DNA of 64,000 nt, from positions 5,573 to 69,572 of the forward strand of contig CAJQIG010000002.1 in the NCBI GenBank assembly GCA_905478415.1, read 5' to 3'. The translations under genes and the position numbers were made by a program. The stretch comes from an uncultured Patescibacteria group bacterium (lineage in GTDB: Bacteria; Patescibacteriota; Microgenomatia; UBA1400; PJMF01). The notes under the pieces are model-generated. The model made no database searches and had not been told where the DNA came from. It saw only the letters and a program-made list of their open reading frames with translations. This document shows positions 39,551-49,178 of this stretch, piece after piece (the stretch's first letter is position 1; each line of letters starts with the position of its first letter).

Positions 39551-40083
39551 TGAAAAAAACGTATAGATTATTCTTAACGCTCACACTCTCTCTCCTTTTA
39601 TTGAGAAAGACTCAAATTGTTTTTGCTCAAACTTGCTATGATGACTGCATTTCTGGCGGAAACACCCCAATAGAGTGTAATGCTGCTTGTGGAAACGCTG
39701 TCCCAAATTTTGATGACCCAAATGACGCCATCAACCCAGTCGAAGCCCCAACTGCAGAAACCTTTGACGCCCTCAACCCACTTCAAATTGGTGGGGGTGA
39801 GACTATTGATGATGTAGCTGCTAGTGAGTATGCTGACCAACTTTCTACACCTGGTGGTATAGTAACCCGCCTCCTCGAATTTATTTTTCCTATAGCTGGC
39901 CTGATCCTCTTCTTAATGATCTCCTGGGGTGGCTTTGAAGTTCTTATGGGTAGTGGTGATAGTGGTAAAGTACAAGCCGGAAAACAGAGAGTCACAGCTG
40001 CGATTGTGGGCTTCCTGGTGCTCTTCTCTTCATACTGGCTGATTCAAATTGTTGAAGCAGTTTTTGGTGTCGTTATTTTCTAG
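39550..40083 (+). CDS. VirB2/TrbC-like pilin-family protein
   Basis: Signal peptide (VFA-Q); TM-GSGDSGKVQAGKQRVTAAIVG-TM. Confidence 0.78.
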   Translation: MKKTYRLFLTLTLSLLLLRKTQIVFAQTCYDDCISGGNTPIECNAACGNAVPNFDDPNDAINPVEAPTAETFDALNPLQIGGGETIDDVAASEYADQLSTPGGIVTRLLEFIFPIAGLILFLMISWGGFEVLMGSGDSGKVQAGKQRVTAAIVGFLVLFSSYWLIQIVEAVFGVVIF

Positions 40084-40088
40084 AGAAC

Positions 40089-40802
40089 TCAACCTCCACC
40101 AAATCTTCTTTTACGCGTAGCAAATTCTGCCAGGACTTCATCTAGTTTTTCTTTGGTAAATTCGGGAAAGTTAAATCTTGGAAAAATTATTTCCGAGTAC
40201 TGTTGTTGCCAAGACATAAATCCTGATAGTCGGATATTATCCATACCAGTTCGAATAATCACGTCAGGATCTGGCATGTAGTGTGTATCTAAATTTTCTG
40301 CAATAGTTTTTTCAGTTATATCTTCAGGTTTGAGACTGCCAGAGGCAACTTGTGTTGCAAGCTTCTGCATCGTTCGAGTTAACTCATCGCGACCGCCGTA
40401 GTTCATGGCTAGAGTAACGGTGATTTTTTTATTTTCTTTGGTTTTTTCTTCACCTTCAACAATTCTCGTTTGAATGTCCTTGGCAAAACCCTTGATATTT
40501 CCAATCATTTTGAACCGAACACCTTTTTCTCCCCAGCCATCAATGCGTTCATCAAAAATTTTTCTAAACAAGTTCATGAGAAAATCGACTTCGACCTTAT
40601 CTCGTTTCCAATTTTCTGTACTAAAAATCCAAAAAGTCAGGTACTGGATACCGCGCTCAATGCTGTGATCGATCAAATCTTCAAACACTTCGTTCACAGC
40701 CTTTTCGTGACCAATAAAAACTTTCAGGCCTCTTTCTCTGGCCCAAGATCTATTGCCATCGCAAATAATAGCTACGTGAGTTGGTATATTACTTTGTTTC
40801 AT
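40089..40802 (-). CDS. uppS: Undecaprenyl diphosphate synthase
   Basis: HVAIICDGNRSWA, FSTENWKR, NYGGRDE, DPDVIIRTG, RLSGF. Confidence 0.96.
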   Translation of the reverse strand: MKQSNIPTHVAIICDGNRSWARERGLKVFIGHEKAVNEVFEDLIDHSIERGIQYLTFWIFSTENWKRDKVEVDFLMNLFRKIFDERIDGWGEKGVRFKMIGNIKGFAKDIQTRIVEGEEKTKENKKITVTLAMNYGGRDELTRTMQKLATQVASGSLKPEDITEKTIAENLDTHYMPDPDVIIRTGMDNIRLSGFMSWQQQYSEIIFPRFNFPEFTKEKLDEVLAEFATRKRRFGGG

Positions 40803-41364
40803 AATCAGATCCTAACACTGCTACTTTTGTATTGAATTTGCCTTGCCAGTACTCTTTGAAAATTCTAACATGCTTTGTATTTACATTTTCACCAGCTGCA
40901 ATAAAAACGTCTAGATCAGCTTCGCTGAAAAATCGAGTTTCTGCAACTTCTGCTGTTTCGAGAACAATCGGCTGGCCTGTGTGGATGCCCACGTAGTAAT
41001 ACATAAAATGTGTTTCCCAATCATAGGTATGAAATGCCTTGGTTATAAACACAAGCTCGGTATCAAAACCCAGTTCTTCTTGGAGTTCTGTGTGAGCTGC
41101 TTCAAGTGTATCTTCACCCTTAAGCACATGACCTGCAGTAACTGACCACATACCTGGATTGACAGTTTTGTAGTGACTTCTTTTTTGTAAGAGAATCTTG
41201 TTCTGACTATCTACTAAAATAACTGCAACTTCTCGGTGGGTGTTACTTGGATTGGTGTTGGCTTCTTCACGAATAACTTCACCAATAACTTTATCATTGG
41301 CATCGACCAGATCGAGCAGCTCTGCTGGCTTATTTGCCTTTTCTGTCTGATGAGAAGTATTCAT
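40789..41364 (-). CDS. NUDIX hydrolase, IDI-like
   Basis: LDLVDAND, HREVAV, LLQKRS, AGHV-x2-GE-x4-AAHTELQEELG; lacks the IDI catalytic Cys. Confidence 0.85.
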   Translation of the reverse strand: MNTSHQTEKANKPAELLDLVDANDKVIGEVIREEANTNPSNTHREVAVILVDSQNKILLQKRSHYKTVNPGMWSVTAGHVLKGEDTLEAAHTELQEELGFDTELVFITKAFHTYDWETHFMYYYVGIHTGQPIVLETAEVAETRFFSEADLDVFIAAGENVNTKHVRIFKEYWQGKFNTKVAVLGSDYETK

Positions 41365-41368
41365 ATCT

Positions 41369-42376
41369 TTAAAATAGGTGTTCTTGTATTTCTCTTGGCT
41401 TTCCACCAACCTTGGCAGAAAGTGTTTTTTGAACTAATGGTAATGCCGCTAGTCGCTCGGTAACTCTGGCTTCAAATTTGGGTAGTGTCAATACATGCAC
41501 ATTGAAACCAGTGTTAATAGTGAAGTAACACTCGATTCCCTCTTCCCTCATTCTCTGAACTTCGTGTATCACCTGGACAGTACCTGGATACCACAGAACT
41601 AAAGGAGGTTGGCTTGTTAATAAAATACTATGAAACTCTAAGCATTCTGCTTCGACAAGTGCTCCTAAAGCAGTAAAATCTTTGGCTACAATATAGTTTT
41701 TAGTATCGATGATCTTTTGAGCAATGTGGTCTTGTCGAACTTTGAAAAACACACTTGATCCAGCAGTTTTATGACCTTCAGTCGAAGAAATCTTCTTTTT
41801 ACCTTGATCAACAACTGCAACAACATCCCGGATATCCCAGTGATCTTTGTCAAAAATAGTTTTTGAGTACGAAGTTTCCGAAGTGTCTCCATCAAGCCAT
41901 TCTGTAAATCCTCCCACTGCACATCGACAAGCTGTTCCTGAAGCCTGTCTGCTGAGAATACTGAGCTCTTTTTCACTAAGCTCTAAATCTAGAGCTTGCA
42001 CAGCTGCATAGGTCAATGCTGCCATTCCAGATCCCGAACTTGAAAGTCCAGTACCTCTAGGAAATGAGTTCTCTGAAACAACTTTAGCAAAGAACGCACC
42101 TGCTTTTTTACCTTGCTCTTGGGCGATAGCTCGAATTCTATCAAGGTGTTTAACGACTCGTTTTGCTTCTCTAGAATCGGTGACAATGGTTTCTCCACTA
42201 ATAATAAATTGATCAGCTTCTAAAGCTTCACGAAATTCGACCGTGGTTACAGTATCTAAACCGTCTAGTAAAATAGAAATGCTGCCATTTTCTGGCAACC
42301 GCAGAACTGGATCTTTTTTACCCCAATACTTAACTAACGCTATATCGCTTGAAGCTTTGACCGTAACTTTTTTCAT
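41369..42376 (-). CDS. mvaD: Diphosphomevalonate decarboxylase
   Basis: DIALVKYWGK, NSFPRGTGLSSSGSG, SGTACR, ISSTEGH, FTINTGFNVH. Confidence 0.93.
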   Translation of the reverse strand: MKKVTVKASSDIALVKYWGKKDPVLRLPENGSISILLDGLDTVTTVEFREALEADQFIISGETIVTDSREAKRVVKHLDRIRAIAQEQGKKAGAFFAKVVSENSFPRGTGLSSSGSGMAALTYAAVQALDLELSEKELSILSRQASGTACRCAVGGFTEWLDGDTSETSYSKTIFDKDHWDIRDVVAVVDQGKKKISSTEGHKTAGSSVFFKVRQDHIAQKIIDTKNYIVAKDFTALGALVEAECLEFHSILLTSQPPLVLWYPGTVQVIHEVQRMREEGIECYFTINTGFNVHVLTLPKFEARVTERLAALPLVQKTLSAKVGGKPREIQEHLF

Positions 42377-42383
42377 GAAATTC

Positions 42384-43376
42384 CTACTCTGTTTCTATTC
42401 GCACACCTTCGGCGTGAACAGCTACTTCGATTATTTTGCCACCGTGAGCTTTCAGAGCTTCAATAACTGCTGGCTGAACATCTTCTGGAGCCAACGCTAA
42501 AATACAATCACCACCGGCAGCTCCCGATGATGTTGCACCTAAAGCTCCAGCTGCAAGAGCAGCTCCAGTGAGTTCTTCCAGCTTAGCGTTACTAACGCGA
42601 AGCTTCTGGGCACATACTTGAGAGGTAGTAAAAAGATCTCCAATAGCTTTCCAATTACCTGCTTCAGCTGGTTGAGTAAAAGCATTTGCTATTTCTGCAA
42701 TTTCTTCAAAAATAGCTTGAATCTTTTCGGGATTATCAGCCAACATTGTATCAACGACTCGAATAAGTGTTGGTGTATCAGCTTTTGCACCAGAATAAGC
42801 GATCACAAGGGGGATTTTTTTAATAGCAATGGGACGAACGATTTTCGCAGGGCTGACATAGTAGAGGGTGCCACCCCAAATGGCAGCGGCAATATCGTAT
42901 CCAGAACCTACACCTTGAACCTCAATAACCGCGTTATAGCATAAATTAAAAAGCTCTTGGTTGGTGAGCTTGATGCCATATAACGTTGTTAGGGCTTTTG
43001 CAAAAGCAACGGTAACTGCACTGCTTGATCCAAATCCATAGGTCGAGGAAAAATCACTTTTTGTGGTCACAATAATACCCTCTTTTTGAGGGTGTTTTTC
43101 GAGAAAATGTTTATATAAAATTTCGATAAATCGCACTGCTTTTGGTAAATCTTTTTTTCCAAGGTCAGCCATGTTTTTTGTATAAGCCGTTAAGCCTAAG
43201 TCTGGAGCATCTAGGTGAAAGACGTCAACTCCATTCTTTTTAACCGTAGCAAACAAGCGCTGATCAACTGCCGTCACAATCGTGGGATGACCATGCACCA
43301 CTGCATAACCAACTGAGAGCATCAATTTTCCTGGTGCCGAAGCAGTTACTTGATTTTGTTCTGTTGTTTTTGTCAT
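42384..43376 (-). CDS. mvaK2: GHMP kinase, probable phosphomevalonate kinase
   Basis: SAPGKLML, GFGSSSAVTVA, GSGYDIAA, SGAAGGDC; operon context. Confidence 0.8.
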   Translation of the reverse strand: MTKTTEQNQVTASAPGKLMLSVGYAVVHGHPTIVTAVDQRLFATVKKNGVDVFHLDAPDLGLTAYTKNMADLGKKDLPKAVRFIEILYKHFLEKHPQKEGIIVTTKSDFSSTYGFGSSSAVTVAFAKALTTLYGIKLTNQELFNLCYNAVIEVQGVGSGYDIAAAIWGGTLYYVSPAKIVRPIAIKKIPLVIAYSGAKADTPTLIRVVDTMLADNPEKIQAIFEEIAEIANAFTQPAEAGNWKAIGDLFTTSQVCAQKLRVSNAKLEELTGAALAAGALGATSSGAAGGDCILALAPEDVQPAVIEALKAHGGKIIEVAVHAEGVRIETE

Positions 43377-43412
43377 GTGTTTACTGCTTTCTTTAGAAAG
43401 TCCTCGAAAAGA

Positions 43413-44285
43413 CTATTGTACCTCAACCATAAAGTTTTCCCAAGCCTGGGCATTACAAAATGCTTGCAACTCTTCAAGATTATGGCTTGTTGCAAGTAGC
43501 CAACCAGAGCCAGTTGTAACACCTCCAGCTCCAGTAATTTTGGTGTGGGCACCTTCTCCTTGCAACTGTTTGATCATTTTTATAGCTTTTTGACTAACAA
43601 CTCCAAGTGACTCAAGCTCAATTTGATTTGCATCAAGTAACTCACCAGTAAATGAGCCATCAAGCAACTGTTCTCTAATAAACCCACTTATGGTTCCAAT
43701 TTTTTTACAATGCTGATGTAACTTTGGATCTTTTTTAAGAGTATCAGCAACTTTTTGCACCATTTCACCAGTGGTTTCTGTAGCTTCGCCAGAATTAATA
43801 AGCAGAAATGAGTATTTTTGAGGTAACGTTAGTTTTGTACAACTCATCTGTTTTGTATCTTTTATAAATGAGTGTGTTCCTCCATACACAACCGCACACG
43901 GATCAATACCGCTAGGATTTGTATGTATAAACACTTCTGATAGAAAAACTAAATCGTACAGTTGCTCACTGGAAAGCGTGATTGAATACGTATCTGCAAG
44001 TGCTTGCATAACAGCATGCGCATATGCTGCTGAAGAACCAAGTCCCGCTTTTTTTGGCAACTCACTAACGACTGAAACTGAAACATTGCTTGCCTCAACT
44101 GAAAAGTGCTCAGAAAAAAGCGATACAATGTGCTGCAAGTAGGGAGATCTCGGTGCTAAAGCAACTTTGGTCACCTGAACAGTTACTCCTTTAGTAATAG
44201 CTGACACTACCGCTGGATAGCCATATACCACACTGTGCTCACCAGTGATAATTACTTTTCCAGGTGAAAAAAAGGTTTTGTTCAT
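43413..44285 (-). CDS. mvk: Mevalonate kinase
   Basis: PGKVIITGEHSVVYG, GLGSSAA, HTNPSGID, KITGAGG. Confidence 0.92.
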   Translation of the reverse strand: MNKTFFSPGKVIITGEHSVVYGYPAVVSAITKGVTVQVTKVALAPRSPYLQHIVSLFSEHFSVEASNVSVSVVSELPKKAGLGSSAAYAHAVMQALADTYSITLSSEQLYDLVFLSEVFIHTNPSGIDPCAVVYGGTHSFIKDTKQMSCTKLTLPQKYSFLLINSGEATETTGEMVQKVADTLKKDPKLHQHCKKIGTISGFIREQLLDGSFTGELLDANQIELESLGVVSQKAIKMIKQLQGEGAHTKITGAGGVTTGSGWLLATSHNLEELQAFCNAQAWENFMVEVQ

Positions 44286-44569
44286 AGTTTTTCTGCTTTT
44301 AAGCCATACGGTATCGGCTGGCTTGGAGTATTTGAAGCTAATCGACGAAGTACTAATCGGACTGCATCCCCCTTGACAAATGTTACTCCGGGAACTCCCA
44401 TAACTTCCATCTTTTTTTCTTCGACAGAAATAATCAAAAAGCTATAGGGGGAAAAAAGTGCTTGGGCTGTTGGAGGAATAAAAATCTGAGTCGATTGAAC
44501 AACTGTACCTGTTTTAAATAACAGGTTTGACCAGTTACCTTTTTTTCTCCAATATTCTGCTGGTTTCAT
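44282..44569 (-). CDS. DUF35-like OB-fold protein lacking the zinc-ribbon cysteines
   Basis: GTVVQST...PY...GDAVRLVLRR...IPYGLK pattern; directly after the thiolase. Confidence 0.75.
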   Translation of the reverse strand: MKPAEYWRKKGNWSNLLFKTGTVVQSTQIFIPPTAQALFSPYSFLIISVEEKKMEVMGVPGVTFVKGDAVRLVLRRLASNTPSQPIPYGLKAEKL

Positions 44570-45732
44570 GACTGTCCCTTTTCGAGAATATGTACCACTG
44601 CTGTAGCACCACTACCACCAACATTATGTGTCAAACCAACTGAAAAATCAGAGTTTTCACGAAGGAGACGAGTCATGTAAGCCACTTGCTTAACTCCCGT
44701 GGCTCCAACAGGGTGTCCACAAGCTTTAAGACCTCCCGAGTGATTAATTATTGGCAACGAACTTTTTAACTTCTTTTGTGAGCTTTGACGATACTGTGAC
44801 AGTGTTGTTTCTTCTTTCAACACTGCGGTGGCAGCAGTTCCTCTCTTGCAAAAACCGAGATCTTCCATTGCAAATAACTCTGCAATGGTAAAACAATCAT
44901 GTACTTCGGCAACTTGAATATCCGTTGGTTTTTTGTTTGCCATTGCATATGCTTTTTTTGCTGCATCTACCGTACTCTGCAACGATGTGAGAGAACTTCT
45001 GCGAGCTAGGTCCAGTGTTTCTTGTCCCTGCCCAAAACCAGTTAGGGCTACCAATTGCTTACGCGATGGCTTTACAGATAACACAACTGCAGCTGCTCCA
45101 TCAGTAATTGGTGAACAATCAAGAATTCTGAGCGGATCGGCTACTAACATGCTTTTTTCAACTTGGTCTGGAGTAATTGTTCTTCTGAACTGAGCTTGTT
45201 GATTTGCGAGTGCATGGCTGTGATTTTTTGCTGCAATCATACTCAATGCTCGACGCGGTGTCTGGTATTTATGCATGTGTTCTTTTGCTAGAAGCGCATA
45301 GAGACCTGGAAATGTGCTCCCATACTCTCTTGCTGCATCAGCTGCCGAGGAAAGTATCGTGGTAACACCATTTGTATCATCGGTCATTTTTTCGACCCCA
45401 ACAACTAAAACCGTTTGGTACATGCCCGAAAGCAGCGCCATCTCGGCTTGCAGAACTGCTAAACCACCAGAAGCACAAGCAGCTTCGACTCGGGTGCTCG
45501 GGGGAAGATGTGAGAAAAAGCTTGAAACAAGCGCCCCCAAATGCTGCTGGCCTTCAAATTGTCCAGCGGCCATGTTTCCAACAAAGATGGCTTCAATGGT
45601 ACTAGGCTGTATGACAGCATCTGCGACTGCTCCAAGCGCAGCCTCTTTGGCTAAGTCTTCCAAGCTGCGATCCCACAGTTCTCCGAACTGAGTAATATGT
45701 GTGCCTTGGACAAAAATGGGAAGGTGTGACAT
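44566..45732 (-). CDS. Acetyl-CoA acetyltransferase (archaeal/SCP2-type thiolase)
   Basis: VEAACASGG, CSPITDGAAA, EVHDCFT, GHPVGATG, HNVGG. Confidence 0.92.
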   Translation of the reverse strand: MSHLPIFVQGTHITQFGELWDRSLEDLAKEAALGAVADAVIQPSTIEAIFVGNMAAGQFEGQQHLGALVSSFFSHLPPSTRVEAACASGGLAVLQAEMALLSGMYQTVLVVGVEKMTDDTNGVTTILSSAADAAREYGSTFPGLYALLAKEHMHKYQTPRRALSMIAAKNHSHALANQQAQFRRTITPDQVEKSMLVADPLRILDCSPITDGAAAVVLSVKPSRKQLVALTGFGQGQETLDLARRSSLTSLQSTVDAAKKAYAMANKKPTDIQVAEVHDCFTIAELFAMEDLGFCKRGTAATAVLKEETTLSQYRQSSQKKLKSSLPIINHSGGLKACGHPVGATGVKQVAYMTRLLRENSDFSVGLTHNVGGSGATAVVHILEKGQS

Positions 45733-45734
45733 GT

Positions 45735-46781
45735 TTAGTGTCCCCTCGATGTATTTTTTAGATACTCTGAGTACGAAAGAGTGTATGACTTTTTAAGCTG
45801 GTCTGATACTAATGAGTTCCAAGCGCTTCTCTTTTTAACTAGTAAGGGAGTTGTTTTAAGTAGGAATGCATCTGAACCAGCTCCCGATCCATAAGAGGCC
45901 AATAAAATTGTTTTATTAGCTCCTACTGTATCCAGTAAGTGCGCCAATGCAATCAAAGAAGCAGCCGAGTAAGTATTTCCCACCGTTTCTACGAGTAATG
46001 AAGGCTCAATTTGTTCTTTAGAGAACCCTAATCTTTTGGCAACCTGACGAGGAAACTTTGCATTTGGCGTATGAAAAACACAGTAATCAATTTGGCTTGG
46101 TGTAAGCTTGTTTTGATTGAGAAGTTGAGTAACACTTTTAGTAATATGAGCAAAATAGGCTGGTTCACCAGTAAATCTACCTGCATGACTGGGGAATGGC
46201 GCGCCTGCGGCGCGCCAAAAGTCCGGCGTATCACTCACCACCGAAACAGTATCTAACATTTCAACTAACATCCCTCGGCTCCCAACTACAAAAGCTGCAC
46301 TTCCAGCCGAGGCCGTGTATTCAAGTGCATCTCCAGGAGCTGCTTGAGCCGTGTCGCTGCCAATAGCGAGACCTAGTTCGTGCTGACCAGCTTGCACATA
46401 GGCAGCCGCAATCTGTAAACCTTGAGTTCCAGCTTTACAAGCGAACTCTAAATCGGCAACTGCTAACTGTTCTGAAAGTCCAAGGGCTGCTGCCACGGTG
46501 GCACCTGTTGGTTTAACTGCGTAAGGGTGACTTTCACTTCCCACAAATACCGAACCCACCTTCTCTTTTTTAAAACTACTTCGTTCTAAAGCTTGCCCCG
46601 CTGACATAACTGCCAAAGTAGCTGCGTCTTCGTCAACTTGTGGTACTGATTTTGAAATAAGACCAGCCGCTTTTTGAGTACTCCCCGGACTTTTTCCACG
46701 AACCATATCAATTTCTGCAGAAGTCAATCTGCCAGAGGGGATATAACAACCATAAGAAACAATACCAATCTTTTTTTTCAT
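45735..46781 (-). CDS. mvaS: Hydroxymethylglutaryl-CoA synthase (archaeal type)
   Basis: GSESHPYAVKP, DLEFACKAGT, PDFWR, RFTGEPAYF, FHTPN, GNTYS, SYGSGAGSD. Confidence 0.92.
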   Translation of the reverse strand: MKKKIGIVSYGCYIPSGRLTSAEIDMVRGKSPGSTQKAAGLISKSVPQVDEDAATLAVMSAGQALERSSFKKEKVGSVFVGSESHPYAVKPTGATVAAALGLSEQLAVADLEFACKAGTQGLQIAAAYVQAGQHELGLAIGSDTAQAAPGDALEYTASAGSAAFVVGSRGMLVEMLDTVSVVSDTPDFWRAAGAPFPSHAGRFTGEPAYFAHITKSVTQLLNQNKLTPSQIDYCVFHTPNAKFPRQVAKRLGFSKEQIEPSLLVETVGNTYSAASLIALAHLLDTVGANKTILLASYGSGAGSDAFLLKTTPLLVKKRSAWNSLVSDQLKKSYTLSYSEYLKNTSRGH

Positions 46782-47971
46782 TGGGATCGTCCTAATCGTT
46801 TATGTGCTGCTGCTAATGTATTAGTGCAAAGTGCTGCTAAGCCAGAAATTTCACCACCCAGTGCAACCGCTGCAACTGTGGCTGCTAACACGTGTGCTGT
46901 CAGCTTTTCTCCCGTAATTATCTGTTGCCACTGACGTTGTCCGGGTAGTAAAGTTCCTCCACCAACGGTTCCCACCGGCAGTGAAGCAATTTCTAAACGG
47001 ACCTGAACTCCACCTCCAACCGCTTCAAAAAAAACTTCTGCCGAAGATGCTACGTCAACCACATGTGCAATGTCTTGACCGGTAGCAACAAAAATTCCTG
47101 CCACTGCGTTAGCAACGTGCATATTCCCTGCAGGAATTCCAGCCAGTTGTGAACCAACCACATTTTTAGCAACATGTGTGGCAACTAAATCACCAGCAGC
47201 TACTTTCAGAACATTTTCTAAAACAGTTGGTGGAAGAAGTGCTTCTGCTCGTACTCGATATCCTCGACCAAGTTCCCTATTAATTCTCGATGGTTTTTTA
47301 TCTGTGCAAAGATTGCTCGATAAAGCTCTGAGTGAAACATCTTGTTTCATTTTTCTAGGAACTAACGTATTCCACCAATGGGAAAGAGCAATGCTGACCA
47401 TATTCATTCCCATTGCTTCACCAGTATCAAAAACACATCTGACAAACACTAAGTTGCCTTCAACCCATGTTTTTTGAGAAATAAAATGAAGGTGTGAACT
47501 AGTTGCAAGTGATGCCTCTTCAAAGAGTGAGCTATGTTCTGTAACCCAGTTTGCAAATTTTTGGGCTGATTTTGGAGTCGCGCACTCAAAAACAGGGGCT
47601 CTACTCATCCCCACTTTTTCTACCTGAACATTGAATTCTTTGGAAAGCGAAAGTGCTCGCACACCTCTACTTAAACTCGCAATTAGGGCACCTTCGGTTG
47701 TTGCAATTGGAACAATGACTTTAGCTATTTTGGTGATGTCAGGACCATCAGCCAAAGGAAGATTAAATGGGCCAACCACTCCAACCGGCAGAGCTACTGT
47801 GCCAACTAGGTTTTCACAATTTTTTGAACCAACAGACTGAATATCAAAAGGGAATACTTGTGTCTTTTGTAAAATCTCACCTCGAAGTTCTTTGAGCAAA
47901 CTCACTCGGGCTGAAACTTTCGCTTCTTCTGATTGATTTGATCGAATGTAAAAAGACTTTTGTGACATCAC
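46778..47971 (-). CDS. hmgA: HMG-CoA reductase, class I
   Basis: CENLVG, PIATTEGALIAS, TGEAMGMNM, NLCTDKK, ATGQDIAH, GTVGGGT, GEIS. Confidence 0.93.
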   Translation of the reverse strand: MMSQKSFYIRSNQSEEAKVSARVSLLKELRGEILQKTQVFPFDIQSVGSKNCENLVGTVALPVGVVGPFNLPLADGPDITKIAKVIVPIATTEGALIASLSRGVRALSLSKEFNVQVEKVGMSRAPVFECATPKSAQKFANWVTEHSSLFEEASLATSSHLHFISQKTWVEGNLVFVRCVFDTGEAMGMNMVSIALSHWWNTLVPRKMKQDVSLRALSSNLCTDKKPSRINRELGRGYRVRAEALLPPTVLENVLKVAAGDLVATHVAKNVVGSQLAGIPAGNMHVANAVAGIFVATGQDIAHVVDVASSAEVFFEAVGGGVQVRLEIASLPVGTVGGGTLLPGQRQWQQIITGEKLTAHVLAATVAAVALGGEISGLAALCTNTLAAAHKRLGRSQ

Positions 47972-48016
47972 GTAAAGTTAGTCGCAAAAAGAGAGTCAAA
48001 TCATGCAAAGTAAAAG

Positions 48017-48646
48017 TTATTTTGTTTCTGCCAGACCTGCTTGTAACATCATCACTGTCCATGGAGCCAATTTCATATGCTTTCCACCAAGTAATACGGG
48101 TAAAGGCTGCATATTTTCAGCTAACTCATTCCACGAAGCTTCAAGAGATGTTTGCAAAGTGTAGTAGCCCTGTTCTGAAACAGCAGCTTGGATTACTTTT
48201 TTTAATTCTTCAAGTGATATCCAACTATAGTCGCTCACCTCATCAGGGTTGGCAATGACCTCAACATCATCAACATTCATAAAGAAAATTTGATCAACTT
48301 CATGTTCACTGTACTGCTGATTGCAGTAGGCTTTATACTCGAATTTTTCACCTTTTTTTAAAACCATTTGGTCAACGGAAATACCCAACTCACCTTTGAG
48401 CCTTCTGATTGCACAAGCTTCATAGGTTTCTCCATCCCATACATTACCACACACTGTATTCGCCCACCAAAGAGCTCCCACAATTTTTTTACTGCTTCGC
48501 TGCTGGAACAACACTTCTCCCCGAGCATTAGTAAGCCAAACCGAGATAGCACGATGACGTTTGGGTGGATTTTGATGAGCCGTATACTTTTCAAGTGTTC
48601 CCACTTGAGTGTCATCTGTTGATACTAAAATAATTTGTTCACTCAT
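48017..48646 (-). CDS. idi: Isopentenyl-diphosphate delta-isomerase, type 1
   Basis: EKYTAH, HRAISV, QQRS, WANTVCG, ELG, EHEVD. Confidence 0.92.
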   Translation of the reverse strand: MSEQIILVSTDDTQVGTLEKYTAHQNPPKRHRAISVWLTNARGEVLFQQRSSKKIVGALWWANTVCGNVWDGETYEACAIRRLKGELGISVDQMVLKKGEKFEYKAYCNQQYSEHEVDQIFFMNVDDVEVIANPDEVSDYSWISLEELKKVIQAAVSEQGYYTLQTSLEASWNELAENMQPLPVLLGGKHMKLAPWTVMMLQAGLAETK

Positions 48647-48984
48647 GTATTCCTAACAATTAATTTAAAGCGCAGTAATAAATACAACAGTAGTACTTGC
48701 CAATATAAACAGAAAAAGACTACCGTGTTTGACACAAATGATAACAAATCACACGACACGTAGTACTTCGTAGAACAAGAAAAGAGTATCTGGGCAAGTG
48801 GTACAACCAAAAACTTCCACAGTACCGTGGCTGCTGCTAGAATATATAAAGGAGTGACTGTCATCCAAACAAACACTTTTCCTTTTACCAAGGACTGCAT
48901 TGTCTGGTACGGATGGAGTAACAAACCTAAAGCAACTTGACCCGTGGAATAAAATAGTGAGAGAAAAACTATTTTTTTATTCAT
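48643..48984 (-). CDS. Hypothetical membrane protein
   Basis: Hydrophobic; 4-nt overlaps with both neighbours. Confidence 0.7.
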   Translation of the reverse strand: MNKKIVFLSLFYSTGQVALGLLLHPYQTMQSLVKGKVFVWMTVTPLYILAAATVLWKFLVVPLAQILFSCSTKYYVSCDLLSFVSNTVVFFCLYWQVLLLYLLLRFKLIVRNT

Positions 48985-49175
48985 ACCTTTTCGATAACTT
49001 CTAATAAAAATGCCGAGAGTAGAGATAAAGAAAGTAACACTTGCCAAACATGTGTGCCCACAAAAGCGGAAACCGCATCAACTTGTCTAGGAAGTAGTCG
49101 TGTCTTTGAAAGCTTTTTTTGAAACTCAGCTTCTGTTTGTAGTTTTGCTAGGAATTCTGTTTGAGAAAGACTCAT
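48981..49175 (-). CDS. Small membrane protein, possible anti-sigma factor
   Basis: 64 aa with C-terminal TM, immediately after the ECF sigma gene. Confidence 0.6.
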   Translation of the reverse strand: MSLSQTEFLAKLQTEAEFQKKLSKTRLLPRQVDAVSAFVGTHVWQVLLSLSLLSAFLLEVIEKV

Positions 49176-49178
49176 CTG

